Assembly (NCBI GenBank): GCA_046563655.1
Contig: CM102283.1
Location: 7,254,001 to 7,318,000 of the forward strand
Source: Yuukianura sp. NJ FZ-2021
Lineage: Eukaryota
Length of the DNA: 64,000 nucleotides
Direction of reading: 5' to 3'
Of the stretch, positions 1 through 13,333 are shown in pieces. Below the pieces are notes generated by a model. It searched no databases, was not told the origin of the DNA, and saw nothing but the letters and a program-made list of their open reading frames with translations. Position 1 is the stretch's first letter. Each line of letters opens with the position of its first letter. The position numbers and the translations under genes were made by a program.

Positions 1-5
1 TTTAG

Positions 6-599
6 TTTCGTCTTGCAAACTACACATCACGAATCCCGAAGATTTGAACAAACCGCCTGGACTCGACGCACAAAGCATCATTGGATTGATCATCTGGATT
101 GCTTGCGTGCTCTACTCCAGCATTCGAACATCATCGCAAGCCGCCCGTCTATCTCTAGCTACGAACCTGTTGAAAGATGATGGTGGGGCAACTGACGTGG
201 AAGGAGGTCGTGCCAGCGGAGGAGCAGAAGGAACTGATGGACATAAGGAGAAAGTATGGGACAATGAAGAGGAAGAAACGGCTTACTCATGGTCAATTTT
301 TCATGTTCTCTTTGCTTTGGCTACGCTCTACGTCATGATGACTCTGACAAATTGGTTCACGTAAGTACTTTGACTTACAAAGTAGTTTATTATGCTACTA
401 ATCCACTTATGTTCTGACTCATTTCATTAAATTCAAACCATTTTCTTGTAGCCCTGCATCCGACTTGCAAACTTGGTCAGCCAACACATCGTCAATGTGG
501 GTGAAAATCGTTTCGGCTTGGGTATGCGTTGCCCTTTACACTTGGACACTCGTGGCTCCAGTGTTGCTGCCGGATCGTGATTTTGGTAGAAACGACTAA
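6..599 (+). CDS. SERINC: Serine incorporator (SERINC/TMS1 family), last two exons (6-360, 452-599); 5' part lies outside the window
   Basis: Family motifs [34 protein letters not shown] and [33 protein letters not shown] intron 361-451 joins in phase 2. Confidence 0.95.
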
Positions 600-1097
600 A
601 CATGAACTACCGTTGAAGAAAGAAAACGCAACTTAACAATTTACGTTCACGTTAAACCAAAAGTAAGTTCCACGTATTGGTTCTGGTGCGTACCATTTTA
701 TAAATTCGAGCAGTTAGACTTAAAAAGCACCAGAAATGGAGTAGAGGGCCTTCAAAAGTAAATTCATAACGCGTAATGCTGTTAGACATTAGTTTTAGAA
801 AGTTAATGAATTAATTATCGTATACGCCACCCGTGGTTACTGGAATTCATCTGCGATTTTTCACAACCAATTTCCTATTACATTATTCTGTTTCAGTTTT
901 TCTGTTTTTGCGAACTTATTAAAATTTAGACTATAAGTTATTGAGTTATGAGAACTTTTTGGCCGAAGCGACAACGTCTAGAAATTTTCTAGTAGTTTTT
1001 TGTTATTCGCCAATTCGAAAGACATTCATACATGATTCAAAGGCTGAGATTTAAGAAGATTGTTGGATTTGTACATGTAGATAGAAGGGAGAAGGAT

Positions 1098-3702
1098 TCA
1101 GTAGAGTATTGTGACTGGATCATGCGCTCTTGGTCTGCGACTGCTTCTCCCAGGATGTGGACTGGGACTGGGTAGGGGTGACCGAGATCTGTTGACTTCC
1201 GGCGAGGTCTCTCTGCTGGTAAATTCTTGTTCTGAAGATTTAGTAGAAAAAACTACGTTTTAGGAAATAAGTAAACTAAGTTCCACTTCCGTTTCAAATA
1301 GTTTACCTTTCTTTCGTTTTCGGAATGCGTTGAACACCAGAAGCAGTACAGCTACCAATATCAGCACCAGGCCAACTAGTGTCCAAGTTGCAGATTTGTA
1401 TACTGGAGAAGCACCTAAACATCCAGAAAAAGTTAAGCATGATGCTGGAAATGCTTAAAAGTATTGTGTACCTTCGCGATACTCTTGGGCGATTCCGTTA
1501 GGACCAGACGTGAGTTGACTCAGCGTAGGAAGCAATTCTGTCCAGAATTGTGTTCTGTAGGGTTGGTAACCTCGAGCAGTGACTCGGGCATCTCTCAACC
1601 AGTAGTGTATGGGTTCTGCTGAACTAAACTTGGCCCATGTACTCCAAGACTGTGACCGTGCTTGAGATGGGACTCCCGACTTGGCAAAGTTTGTCCAGAG
1701 TTCTTGAATCCTCATGCTAATGGTTCTCTCTACGCCATTGTAGTCTCTTCCTATTTGGTCCATGAAGGTTGATCTTCCGAAGAGATAGAAAAGGATGGAG
1801 CCATGTCCAGCTCCAGTTGTATTGACTGAACTGCTGGTGTAGATGTTTGGATCGGGTGTTTCTTGGTCAAAGACGTAGGCATATACTGGATTGGAATGTT
1901 TTGACAGAAGCTGCGCAGTGTAGATGTGTGGAGCGAGGAAGTTGGCTTCGGTAAAGAACTAAAAAAAACGAAAAGTAGGAGTTCAAATTTCGAAAAAAAA
2001 AAAAAAAACATTTTTTAAAAAGTTGCTTTCAGTATTGACTTACGTCAACCATTTGGTCCATCACTGCTTCGGTTTCATTAGGAGCACCAGTTATGAAAGC
2101 GAATTTGACAACTTCCTTGACAATCAGCGAATTTCGGTGGAGTCTTGATCGCTCAAGTAGCTCAGAAATCAGCGATGTCTCAAACGCTTCTTTCAGCTGA
2201 AGCGGCGTCATGCGAAAAAATTGTGACCTTCGTTCTAAGTAATAAAAAAATAGTTTCAATCAGTAAGTCAAAAATTTTTTCATTAACTCAAAATTTGCTC
2301 AAATTTTTTTTTGAAAAGAAAAACTCACTGATCATGAGCAGACCGTCTTTGGACGACACGCCAGTGATGACCGGAATTCTTGGAAACTCTCCTCGTTCCA
2401 GTGCTTCCCACGGACTTCTAGACACGTACTGAAGATGATGTGGCAGGAAACTGTCCACTACTGGGCCAAACACCTCCGTTCCATTGAAGTAATCGATTAC
2501 TCGGTAAGCAGTTTGGGTGAGTCGGTTGACATCTTGGAACCGAAGACAAGTAATGATGCTCTCGATATTCTTCGATCCACATCCCAGTTCACTGACGAAT
2601 TTCTCAGAGGCTTCTCGCACTTTGTATCCAAGTGCCCAAGGAGCCAGTGAAGTTCCAGACATAAGAACGATTCGGCTGAAACGGCTAGCAGCTCGAGGTG
2701 ACGTCATATGAAATACGGCTGAAGCAGCTCCAGCAGAGTGACCCATCAGGGTTACCCGTAATGGATCGCCTCCAAACTCCCGAATATTTTCGTGTACCCA
2801 TTCTATTGCCAAGTACTGGTCAAGTAGGCCCATGTTTCCGCCGGCCATTGTATCGTCCAATGAAAAGAATCCTGAAAAAAAGACACAAAATTATTGCAAA
2901 AATTAGACAAATTAATGAACAAAAAATTTGCAAAATTTTTATTATGTTCATGACTTACCAAATACTCCAAGTCGGTAATTGAAGGACACAACAATTACGT
3001 CGGAAGCAGCCAGCTCAGCGCCACTGAACAGTGAAGTGTCGTAGGTTGAATAGAGTTCGCCTCCAATGAAAATGAGAACAGGAAGTGAACTCCGCTGGAG
3101 ACTTCCATACTAAAAAACATAATTTTTTTATCATTCACCAAAAAATGTCGTTTTTCAAAATTTTGAGTTAAAAGTTTACCTTGTTTTTGCAAATCTTACT
3201 TGTTGTGGTGTCCAAATATTCATGTAGAGACAATCTTCAGAGGTGCGTCCTCTGGCCGTTATCTGGTGACAATTGGACGGGTACGTCGTTGCATCTAACG
3301 TGCGATTCCAACCATCATGCCTCTCCGGTGGCTAAAAAACGTTTTCAAAATTTTAGAACCCAGAAATTTTAAATTTTGAAAAATCAAATTTAGGAGTTAC
3401 CATAAATCTTAAATTTCCAATTGGAGGCTTTGCGTAAGGGATTCCTAAGTAGGCGTAGGAGCCTCCATCTGAACGCTGAAAACAACAAGCGATTATCAAA
3501 AAAATATGTTCAAACTTCCTCATTTTTTAAAAATATTTGTTCGAAATCAAACTATGCTAAAACTTAAACTCAAACGAGTCAAGTATTTGCTTACGCCTTG
3601 AAGTGTGCCCAATCCACGCAGGTTAACAGTCATTCCACTCACTTTGAGATCGGTAACGATAAGTCCAAAAATGGCGCATGCCAGTATTCTGGACGGAAAC
3701 AT
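1098..3702 (-). CDS. Type-B carboxylesterase/cholinesterase-family protein with signal peptide, C-terminal TM helix and short cytoplasmic tail. Exons: 3702-3595, 3475-3401, 3331-3200, 3109-2959, 2871-2329, 2234-2044, 1958-1472, 1414-1307, 1231-1098
   Basis: Motifs YLGIPYAKPPIGNLRF, SEDCLYMNIWTP, FNYRLGVFGF, GNMGLLDQ, FGGDPLRVTLMGHSAG, WTNFAKSG; TM segment WTLVGLVLILVAVLLLVF followed by RKRKK; GT-AG introns join in frame. Confidence 0.93.
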
Positions 3703-6098
3703 ATCGACGAAACTTTTGCCTAAAACTTTGTCGTTTTTGGTATCAACGACCTATCCTTATTGTTGCTTTCATCAGCTCCTCTGCAGGAACGTACTGTACA
3801 ATTGTGAAAATGTACAAAAGTGTACAAAAGGCGTCCGTTAGATAGGATGTCGATGTCACGTTGTCAAGGACTCCACCCAAATTCTTTATTCAGAGTTTCT
3901 GAGTTTGAGCCTAACCACGTAGAGTATCAGAGAAGGACTGATTAATTCAGAATCCAAGAAATCAGTGAAAGGGAAAAACGGAAGTTTTCTCCTGCTTTTG
4001 TCACGCTCAGCACTCGATACCCAAATAATAATAATGATTATTTAGAATACTTGGGAAATTGGAATGGGACAACAGTTGCAAAGTGTCTCATGGGCACTGG
4101 ACCATATCAAAGGGGTAGAGGTGACAACATGCTGTTGCAGTTCTTGCACCATTCGCGTGGTTAAGACGAAATTCATCTGACGAATGCAATTTCTACATTG
4201 ACATTCCTTGGTCACCTCACCAAAGTGATTCTGCGAAGGGCACAAAGCAATTTTGATTTGTTCAAATTCAGCTGAATGTTGGTCCAGAATGGCAACTTTT
4301 TGTTCTGTTTTTCTTGAACTTGAAATTGTTTTCTTGAACTTGTTATGATGACGAAGCTTCCTGGAACACCAGCGGAAAACGTATATCCTCTTCACTTGGC
4401 TTCCAAGCGATTACTAAACTGATTCATTAGAAGAACAGAGTCAAAATCACGGTAAGGTTACGGTTGAGATGATGAAGATGATAACGAGAGTGCTTTTAGT
4501 CTTTTGTCCACTGACTCTTACCTCGTATGCTTCGTATGCCTACCACCCTCCACTTCCGGTCCAAGTCCATTTCATTGTTATTCTGCACAGTAGTCCTCAG
4601 TCTCCTTTGTGTTGCCTAATCCTGACATCCTCATCTTGAATCTAGAGGCTATTACATCAAAATGTATGGTCACTCCGACGCAAAAACGGAAGCATGGAGT
4701 CAGGAACATAAGGTGAGGAGTCGCAATTCCGTGTTTCCTCGTGCGTAAACCCTCAACTGAATCATGCGTTTTTCAAAACACGGAGATGAACTTGGACGAC
4801 CCTGCGTTAGCAACAAAATAAAACATTTTGAAAAAAAATGACCAAAATGTTAATCAAAATATGTAGACTGACCTGCGTAGCTGTAAATTTTTGTGAAGTT
4901 CGAGCCTTCGTGTACATGAATTTTTTTGTTTCGTAACTTAGAAACAATGGGATTGCGTTACGTGGTGATAATTTGATGCCTAATGTGTGGAACTCGCTTG
5001 ACTGACCTTCCTGACTTGAATGACCACCAAGGTCAACTTGTGACCAAGACCAGCATGGAAGTCTCTCGAACCGCTCAACCATGTTTTCAATTGAAACTAA
5101 CTCATGAAAGCCCTGAAAACAAATCAGATAAATGCATCAAGTTCAAGTTATTTTCAAACTTTGATTGTTACAAAGTAGTTTGCTTACAATCAAAAATGGT
5201 GGGGACTCTCACGCATACTCCGCCAACAAATTTCAAATTCAATTTCCTTGTTTGCCGCCACAAAAGCAAATACAATCTAAACGTTTCCAGCGATTTTCAC
5301 GGCCTTGAACGCAGAACTGGACAAACAATGTCCCGAAGGTTTTTTCCTGGAAAAAAATCAGAGCATTCAAAAACCTTTTGTTTTAAAACAAGACAGTGTA
5401 ATGAGCATTAAGCTTTGATTTACATAAATAATTGAAGCGGTCACGGTGTGTTGTGTTGAGACAGAAAGTCAAGAGTTGCTGCGAATTAGGCACTTCCGTC
5501 TCTTTGGCTAGATTTGTGGAGTCTGTCGTCCATGTCGAATGTCCGTCCATGTCACAGTTGCATGTCGCTCCATACTAACGAAATATCCACTAAAAATGTA
5601 CTTTTCCTTGAATGCTTTTGAATATTCGGACAGTGGCGAAATTAGAGATGTTAATCTTAACTTCGTATGTAAGATTTAATGCGTGCCTTCGTGCTAAAAT
5701 CAACCATGCGCAAACAGGCTGTTATCAAAATCACTTGCACTGTGACGCTGACGCAAGCCACCAAGAAAATAAAACTCATTTTTGAGGGTTTTGTAATTCC
5801 TTGTATGGCCAACGTCATGTCAACTTTCGGGGAAATAACCCAGAAGGTTTTGGCAAGCGTAGAGTAGTTATTAAGTTGGAGAGCAAATCGACCTTGCTGA
5901 GTTCCAAAGAAACTGAAGCAGAGAGCTCATCTTTATAATTGAGTTTCCTGAAATTTATTATGGAATTAAACTGAAAGTCACGCAGGAGCACTGGACGGTG
6001 TCAAACAGCGCGCCCAGTGTCCAATTACTAAATTGTTTTCGTGATCTAACTATTATGGAATAATATAAATTAATTTATGAATAGAACTTGCGGAATTT

Positions 6099-7661
6099 CT
6101 AAGAACTTTCGACTTTTATCCCATCTGAGCTTCCGCCATCTTCCGGAGCTTCTCCTGGCGGAGGTGGAACCTCCGTAACCTTGGTCAAGGGAACGACGAG
6201 TGCGCTTGGACCTGGTCCTCTGCCGCCATCACCTTCCATTTCCCATTGCTGCCAAGATTTAGTTATTAGTTAAAGTTTTAGTAGCTAATTAGTTCGCTAA
6301 AACAAATTTTAATACAACTTATGAAACACTTACGGAATCCATCCACTGTTGCTCTTCATACTCTGGTCCTTCGTCATAGTAGTCTGGAGGAGCATGATTG
6401 AAGAAATCTGGAGGTGGGCCCATGAATTCTCCGCCACGAGGTGGAAACCTGGTAATGCCAACAAATTGTTAAGGTTAGTCTCCATCTTACGAGATTTTAC
6501 AGCAATTGCAATGCAGATTAGAGTTGCAAACGTACTGTGGTGGTGGGATACTCATGTCAAACGGTGGCGGACCCATCATTGGCGGCGGACCCATTTCATA
6601 TTGCTTTCGGCTGTACTCTCGTCGATCAGCCGTCATCACCTAGCAGTTTAAGTGAATGTCGATTAATTGTGCTTAAGGAACCTGATTAATGATTTGAAAT
6701 CTTACCTGAATTGTATTCTCCGAATGATTATCTCTTCTCATTCCCATTCCCAAAGGAGGTATTCCCATGCCCATCATGTTCATTGGTCCGTCTTTATTGC
6801 GTTGTTGACCTTGCATTCCAAACTTCTTTGGAAAAACTATGTTTTGCTGGCCACTGCCACCGCCATATTTACCGTCACCTTGCCCATGTCCTTGGTGACC
6901 CTATAGAACCGATGAAATATTAAACGAAAGGTGTAAAAAGTACAACAAAGGTAATACTCTTACTCCAGCCTCGTATCGAAGTCGCTTCTGCCTATCTGAA
7001 TAAGACCGCCAAGTGTCTTCAGTAAAGCCATAGTTAAAGTAGTCAGTAATATCAGCTCCAGGCTTTCTCCATGGTTTGTCCTCAAGAGCATCCAGATTGA
7101 AATCTTGAGCCGGTACGCCATTGATGTGTCCCGGTCCATCGAAATCCTCGACGGAAAATTTCCCTTTCTTGTCCGGTGGCGGAGCACCAGCCCTCTTTCC
7201 AGCAAAACCAGGGCTGCCACCTTGTCCTTTGATATCTCCAATGGTGACCATCACTCCATCGTCGTCAGAATCATCTTCCTCCTCTGAGTCTTCGCCATCT
7301 CTCTGAAACATTTTTAATAAACATTAATTCCATTCTTCAAAAATTTTTGTTTAAACTTGTAGCTTACCTCTTCACTGGAAACTTCTTCGCCTTCAATAGC
7401 TTCACTACCTCGTTTCCTTCCTCTTCCGCCATCTCCGTCGTTTGCTTCGTCTTCAGCAGAGTCATGCTTTTCTCCATCCCCTTCTACCCCTTCACCAGCA
7501 CCAGCATTTACTATAGCTGTCATAATGACGGCATCCCGGTCATTGCCGGCATCAGCTGTTTCTTTGGATCCGCCATCGTCCTTACTAGGATTCGTTCCTA
7601 TTCCAGCGCTCTCCCCGTAAATCCATTCATCATCTTCGGCGGGTCCTCCAGCGGTTGACAT
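6099..7661 (-). CDS. FIP1L1: Pre-mRNA 3'-end processing factor FIP1, about 398 aa. Exons: 7661-7368, 7302-6964, 6900-6706, 6639-6536, 6448-6334, 6248-6099
   Basis: Fip1 motif [27 protein letters not shown]-terminal [23 protein letters not shown] and a Pro-rich region; intron phases are consistent. Confidence 0.95.
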
Positions 7662-8578
7662 CACGACAACTTCAATACTGCACTACCTACACATTCCAAC
7701 AGTACTTAATCAATGTTTTTATGCAGAATACGAAAGTGGAAGTTCAGCATCTCGGCTCTTACCCAAAACGATTCGTAATAACTGGAATCTCCCTATGCGT
7801 CGGTTGGTAGCTCTCTCGATTAATCTTAGTCAACAACTATCAATGCCAATTCAATTAAGAAACGTAGCTTCCAAGATCAACAGCGATTACGATATGATAA
7901 AGTCGACAGACAACCGATGATACAGGAAGCGGAAGCGGAAAAAAAATTGTAAAACTTTTTATTACAGAAATAAAAACTCAAATGAACAAGTGATTGGCGC
8001 CTCGTTTGTCTCAAAGCGGTTCTACGCTTGAGGTGGGAATACGCTATTGCACACTTAAAACCTATTCCGTAAATATTTAGTTACATTACGTAATTATCTT
8101 GATAAGTTTCAATAAGTTTTAAAATTAGTATTCAAGTGCCACTCATAATGACACACATTACATGCTTTCAAGTGTAATTTTTTCCGCAGACAGTTTTATT
8201 AATGTATGGTATGAGCTAGTGGTCTGATTTGATTTGGCTGGCGGGAACCGTTTGAAATAAAATAAACTTGTAAAATTCTTTTGTAAAAAAAAAACAAAAA
8301 CAAAAACAAGACGCTGCTGACTACTGGCTGACACAAACACAACACACTGACACTGACAGCGACACTGTCACTGTGACAACATTTGTAAAAGTTAGTCACC
8401 CCAGTGGTCATTGTACATTGTAGTTACTGCACTGCAACGGACAGCGGAAAAAAAAAGAACTGACACTGGCAGTACCATTTAAATCTCAAAACGACGAACG
8501 CAGTCAAAAACCATAAAGAAGAGCCGAAGTTAGTAACTGTTTCACCTTGTAAAGTAAGTAAACCTATCGGACTTCACG

Positions 8579-11500
8579 ATGGGAAGTATCAAACTACTGG
8601 CCGACAGTGTACAAAGTACTATACGTTCCGGAGTCGTCATTACCAGTATGGCTCGTTGCGTCGAAGAGCTAGTACTCAACTCAGTAGACGCAAAAGCCAG
8701 CAGGATTTTTATCAACATCGATCTAGACGATTTCAATTTGGAGGTAGACGACGATGGACATGGTATTAGTAGAGACGACATGGAGTTGATCGGAACAAGG
8801 TAAGCAATGGCGGCTTAACTTTTTAGCCATACCGGCACCACATACAGTGTCGTTTTAGTATGTGGTTTTCATTCTCATTTTTTTGCCGTTTAGGTACGCC
8901 ACAAACAAATGCCACACTGTTTCAGACTTGACAAACCTGAAATACTATGGGTATCGCGGAGAAGCACTGGCTAATATCATCGACTTGTCTTCATCAGTCG
9001 AAATCTACTCACAATTTCAATCACTGGATCGCGACCGCGAAGTTTATTACAGAAAATTTAAACAAGGCAAGCCACACGGTCCTGTTCAACGTATCAGCAC
9101 CAGAAAACGATCATCTCATGGAGTTACAGTTATCATTCAAGGATTTTTATCACGCCTGCCTGTGCGACAGAGACAAATAGGCAATTTGGAAGTTGAACAC
9201 ATCAAGAAATTTTTGGAACGAATCTACATAATGAATCCAACTCTTCGCATCGATTTTAAGAATCAAGTACATCGTATTCTGCAAACCGTGTCTTTGAATT
9301 CCTCAGCAGAAGCATTCCAGAAGATGTACAACAAAAGCCTCAACGAAGTGTCATTGAGTTATGGTCGTTTCTGCTTCCAAGCTTGGTTTTCTACTGAGCT
9401 TCATCCTTCAAAGTCACTTCAACTGGTATACGTTAATAAACGTTACACATCGAGGAATGCTGTTCACCGAGCCTTGGATGAAATTCTTACTGAAGTTTTG
9501 GGCACCAAAAAGCGTCCAGATACGGAGAAGCATCATGCTGGAGGAAAACGTGAGAAAATGTATCCCGTTTTTGTTTTGAACATAGTCACGCCATTGACAG
9601 AGTATGACGTGACCCTGGATCCAGCAAAGTCGACCGTTGAATTTAAGAATTTGGACCTTGTGTTGGAGGGAGTGGAGGCCTTGAAAGTACTATTCCAAGC
9701 AACGCTTCGTTCCTGCAACAGAAATGACTTGTTGGCAAACGCCGGGTCAAAGATGTCTAATGCCGAATTACATGTTAACTCCAACTCGGATTCGCTGCCT
9801 CAGTACGGAAAATCTGTGTCGTCGAGGGCATTCAAGACAGCAATCCATGGAAACGTCGTAAAGCGGGTTACATCCGGTGGAGAATCACCTACGTCGACAA
9901 CGGACAATACAAACAACTCACAAGGGGAAGCTGCGTACGTAATTGATTCCCGTTAATTGAAATTTAATTTTTTTAAATGTTATCAACATACCAACTTTTT
10001 GTTTCTATTTTTAGTGTCAGGAATGGTTCAACGAAAAGCAATGACAGGCGAAATACCAACGGTTCCAGAGGACCAATGTCTGATGTAGATCCTAATTCAA
10101 AAATGGCCAAGTACAAGAAGCAGGATAAGCCGAAAATTCAACGTCACACGGAAACAACTACAGAAACAACGTTAACGACGGCGAAACAAACACAAATCCA
10201 GCCAGAGTCACAAGAACAAGTGCGGAGCGAATCAAAAAGTTCCAAGAAGAGAACCAAGCGGAAATCCGAATTGCCGTTATTCCCGAAAGGTTATTTTTTC
10301 AGTTATTCAGAAATTCAAATTCTTTAGTTTTTTTTTATTTTTATTATTATTTTTTTGTACTTTTGAATTTCAGAATACAACAAACGACTTCGCACTGCGT
10401 CACAGCTCAGACTTAATTCTGGAAATCAGTCAGCACTTTTGGATAAGATCAAAGAGTTATTCCCAGTTTTTCGTGAAGAAGGGCATGACAAGAATTCCAG
10501 TTCTAAACCTCCACGTCTGCCTCAGGAAGAGTCATCAAATCCGTCAACTCCCCCTCCGAGTGTCCAATTCGATAACGAATTTTCACAAAATGGCCGCGAT
10601 CTCCATTCTCCCTTTCAGCGTCTATGCCTCGCTAGAGAAAATGCTGCCGACAGTAGTGACGTACCAGCGTTACCTCATGACATTGAAGGAGGAGTAGAAA
10701 TTCAAATTCAAGGCGAAGGTATGTGGGATCCTCCATCTCGATTTTCATCATTACCGTCCGGCACCCGTGGATTTCCACGGGAACTGTCTGACGACCATTT
10801 CTGCCGATTAGTAGATAACCATTTGGGAGAAGTACGCAAGAACCTTGGTTTGCAAGACTTAGCCGAACATGCTGCAAATACTCTACGGCAGATCATTAAA
10901 CACCATGGACAAAAGGGAACTGGTCAGTTCAGAGATCAAGGTGAAGAACCGAAACAGCGAAGTCAAGGTCGTATATCTTTGGACAATGACACGGAGTCAG
11001 TAGTTTCGTCTATCTCTTCGTTCACGCCAGCTGGTGACATTCAAATCATGAATCCAGTGAAGCAGCCACCGACAACTGCTGAAATCATAGACTCGTGTCG
11101 TCGTAATCACAACGATCTCAACTACTCCAACAGGAATTTAATTACCTCCGGACCGTCTAACTTTTGGCCAGAAAATGAAGCTCGGGACAATGATCAGTTT
11201 TCTGAACAACGGCGACCAATCCACCATGGATTGCTGATGAACAACCGACCACCAGATTTGGACACGCCTAGAATCATTTCAAGTGAATATCGGTTTGAAA
11301 AGGAAGATCTGAAAAGGATGATGGTCATAGGTCAAGTGGATAACAAGTTTATTGTGGCCAAGTCTACGGTGAATCAGAACAACGCTCTTGTGCTGTTTGA
11401 TCAACATGCAGTTCATGAAAGAATCCGACTTGAGAAACTTTTGGAAGGTCAGTTAACTCTTATAATTTGATCCAATTTTGAATGTTTCATTATCAATTTG

Positions 11501-12244
11501 GAATAGGAAGTAACTGTTATGTTTTTTTTTCTAGAATGTCGTGAACAGAGTACTGATGACTCCATCGCTGCTCCTATTCGACGTGTCGTTATCTCTCCAC
11601 CGATTCAGTTGGAACTAACCGACACTGAACTTAGAGTGGTGGGGACATACTGGAAGCATTTTGAAAACAATGGAATTCAGATCGAAGTTGGACAAGAAGG
11701 ACCTCTTATCCTTGTACACACTGCTCCAGTTTGCTTCGTCGATGGAGCAGAGGATGTAAGCAAAAGGAGGAAAAATTATAGATAATTGAGGTAATGCATT
11801 CGTCTGATTAATTTTCATTCCTATTTGTACAGAAACGATACGAAAGAGTTACGAATCTACTACAACGCTCAATCCAGCATCAAGTCAGATACATTTTAGA
11901 AACGAATGGACTCATGCAACAAATTCCGCAGGAAACATATGAACTTTTATGCAGTCGAGCTTGTCGAGGTAAAGTTGCTTCTGAATTGGATATAGCTTAA
12001 CCTTACTTTTGATCTGGATGAAGATTAACTTTGGACTTTGGAAATTATAGGTGCGATTAAGTTTGGAGACAGCTTGACCCGTGAGGTGTGTCAAGAACTG
12101 ATTGCTCAACTGGCTGAGTGCAATTCGCCTTTCCAATGTGCCCATGGACGTCCGGTGTTGACGCCTATTTTGGATTTGAGCTCTGTTCCAGGAACGCCAG
12201 TCTACCGAGCAGAAGTTTCCTGCTTTGTTACTAACAAAACCTAG
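8579..12244 (+). CDS. MLH3: DNA mismatch repair / meiotic crossover protein MLH3, about 1053 aa. Exons: 8579-8799, 8894-9934, 10015-10289, 10374-11447, 11535-11755, 11833-11968, 12051-12244
   Basis: GHKL ATPase motifs EELVLNSVDA, DDDGHGI, GYRGEAL; endonuclease motif DQHAVHERIRLE; ACRGAIKFGD and PFQCAHGRP. Confidence 0.95.
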
Positions 12245-12666
12245 TCGCCAATTTTTAAGTTGAGGGAAGATCTGGGTGCAACAATGGTACAAACAAAGTC
12301 TGACATTGGTTAAGTTTTAAGTTTAATAACTTTATTCAGTTAAGTTTTACGGCTCCGTCCAGTAGTCGTAAGTTACGACTAAGTAATCGAACTCAAAGGA
12401 AAAGTACTCAACTGTGTTGGTGCAGCTTTAGTGAGCCATACTTCAGCAGATTAGTTTTTAGTAGGTTATTTATTACGACTCAAGTGAGCTCTTCTCAATA
12501 CAATGACTTCGACTACCTTATTCAAATAGAAATTGAATAAATTTCGGGTCGAATCATGGTTACTCTTCCTTGAATCTTGAACTTTAAATCATTCTTGCGC
12601 TAGCCAGGTTCTAGTTTAACGATAGTGACTACTTGGTGTTGGTTTTAAACGACAGGGAGTCGAAAT

Positions 12667-13333
12667 TTAGCCTCTCTTGGGGAAGGCGGCCGTGTAGTAG
12701 TATTCTGAAACAAAAGCATATCAAAAGTTAAGCTGTCTGATTGCATTTTTCAACTATTAGAATAATACTCTTCGTCTGGAGATTAACCTTACCCAATGTG
12801 CCTGCAAGTCCAACGGCGATTACTCCCATAGTGAGGTAATACAGTATTTTGTCCATTGGGCCTCCTTTCAAATGAACTGGTACACCATCATCGATCTGCA
12901 AAATAATCACTCACGTGAGTGAACGGGGATCGATTTTCATAAACGTGTTACACTAGCTATAGTAAGATGTCGCCGATCAAATGTTTACTTGAAATTTCTT
13001 CTGTAGAGCCTTGATCCGGCGATACTGTGGAGCTACTTCTGACTTTGAATCAATGACCCCTGCCCTCATTGCTGAATTGCTAATTGTTCTCGAATTTCCC
13101 TTCGTCATCGTCTGAGCCATTCGGAAGAGAGTCTGAAAAACCATAAGAAAACCACTAAATTGAAATCGGATCCAAATTCTATTTATTATTTTTAACTAAA
13201 TTTTAAGGAATCCAGTATCCAATCCAGTAATCGTCATGGTCCAAGTCCAGTCCAAGTAAGATCGTAAAACCCGAAGTTCAGATCCCGAACATATGATATT
13301 CAGATTTTCTTGATTTACCTGTTGTGCCGACAT
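12667..13333 (-). CDS. COX7A: Cytochrome c oxidase subunit 7A-like, about 99 aa. Exons: 13333-13319, 13132-12989, 12895-12793, 12704-12667
   Basis: QKKFQIDDGVPVHLKGGPMDKILY, a TM helix and C-terminal AAFPKRG; presequence-like N-terminus. Confidence 0.92.
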
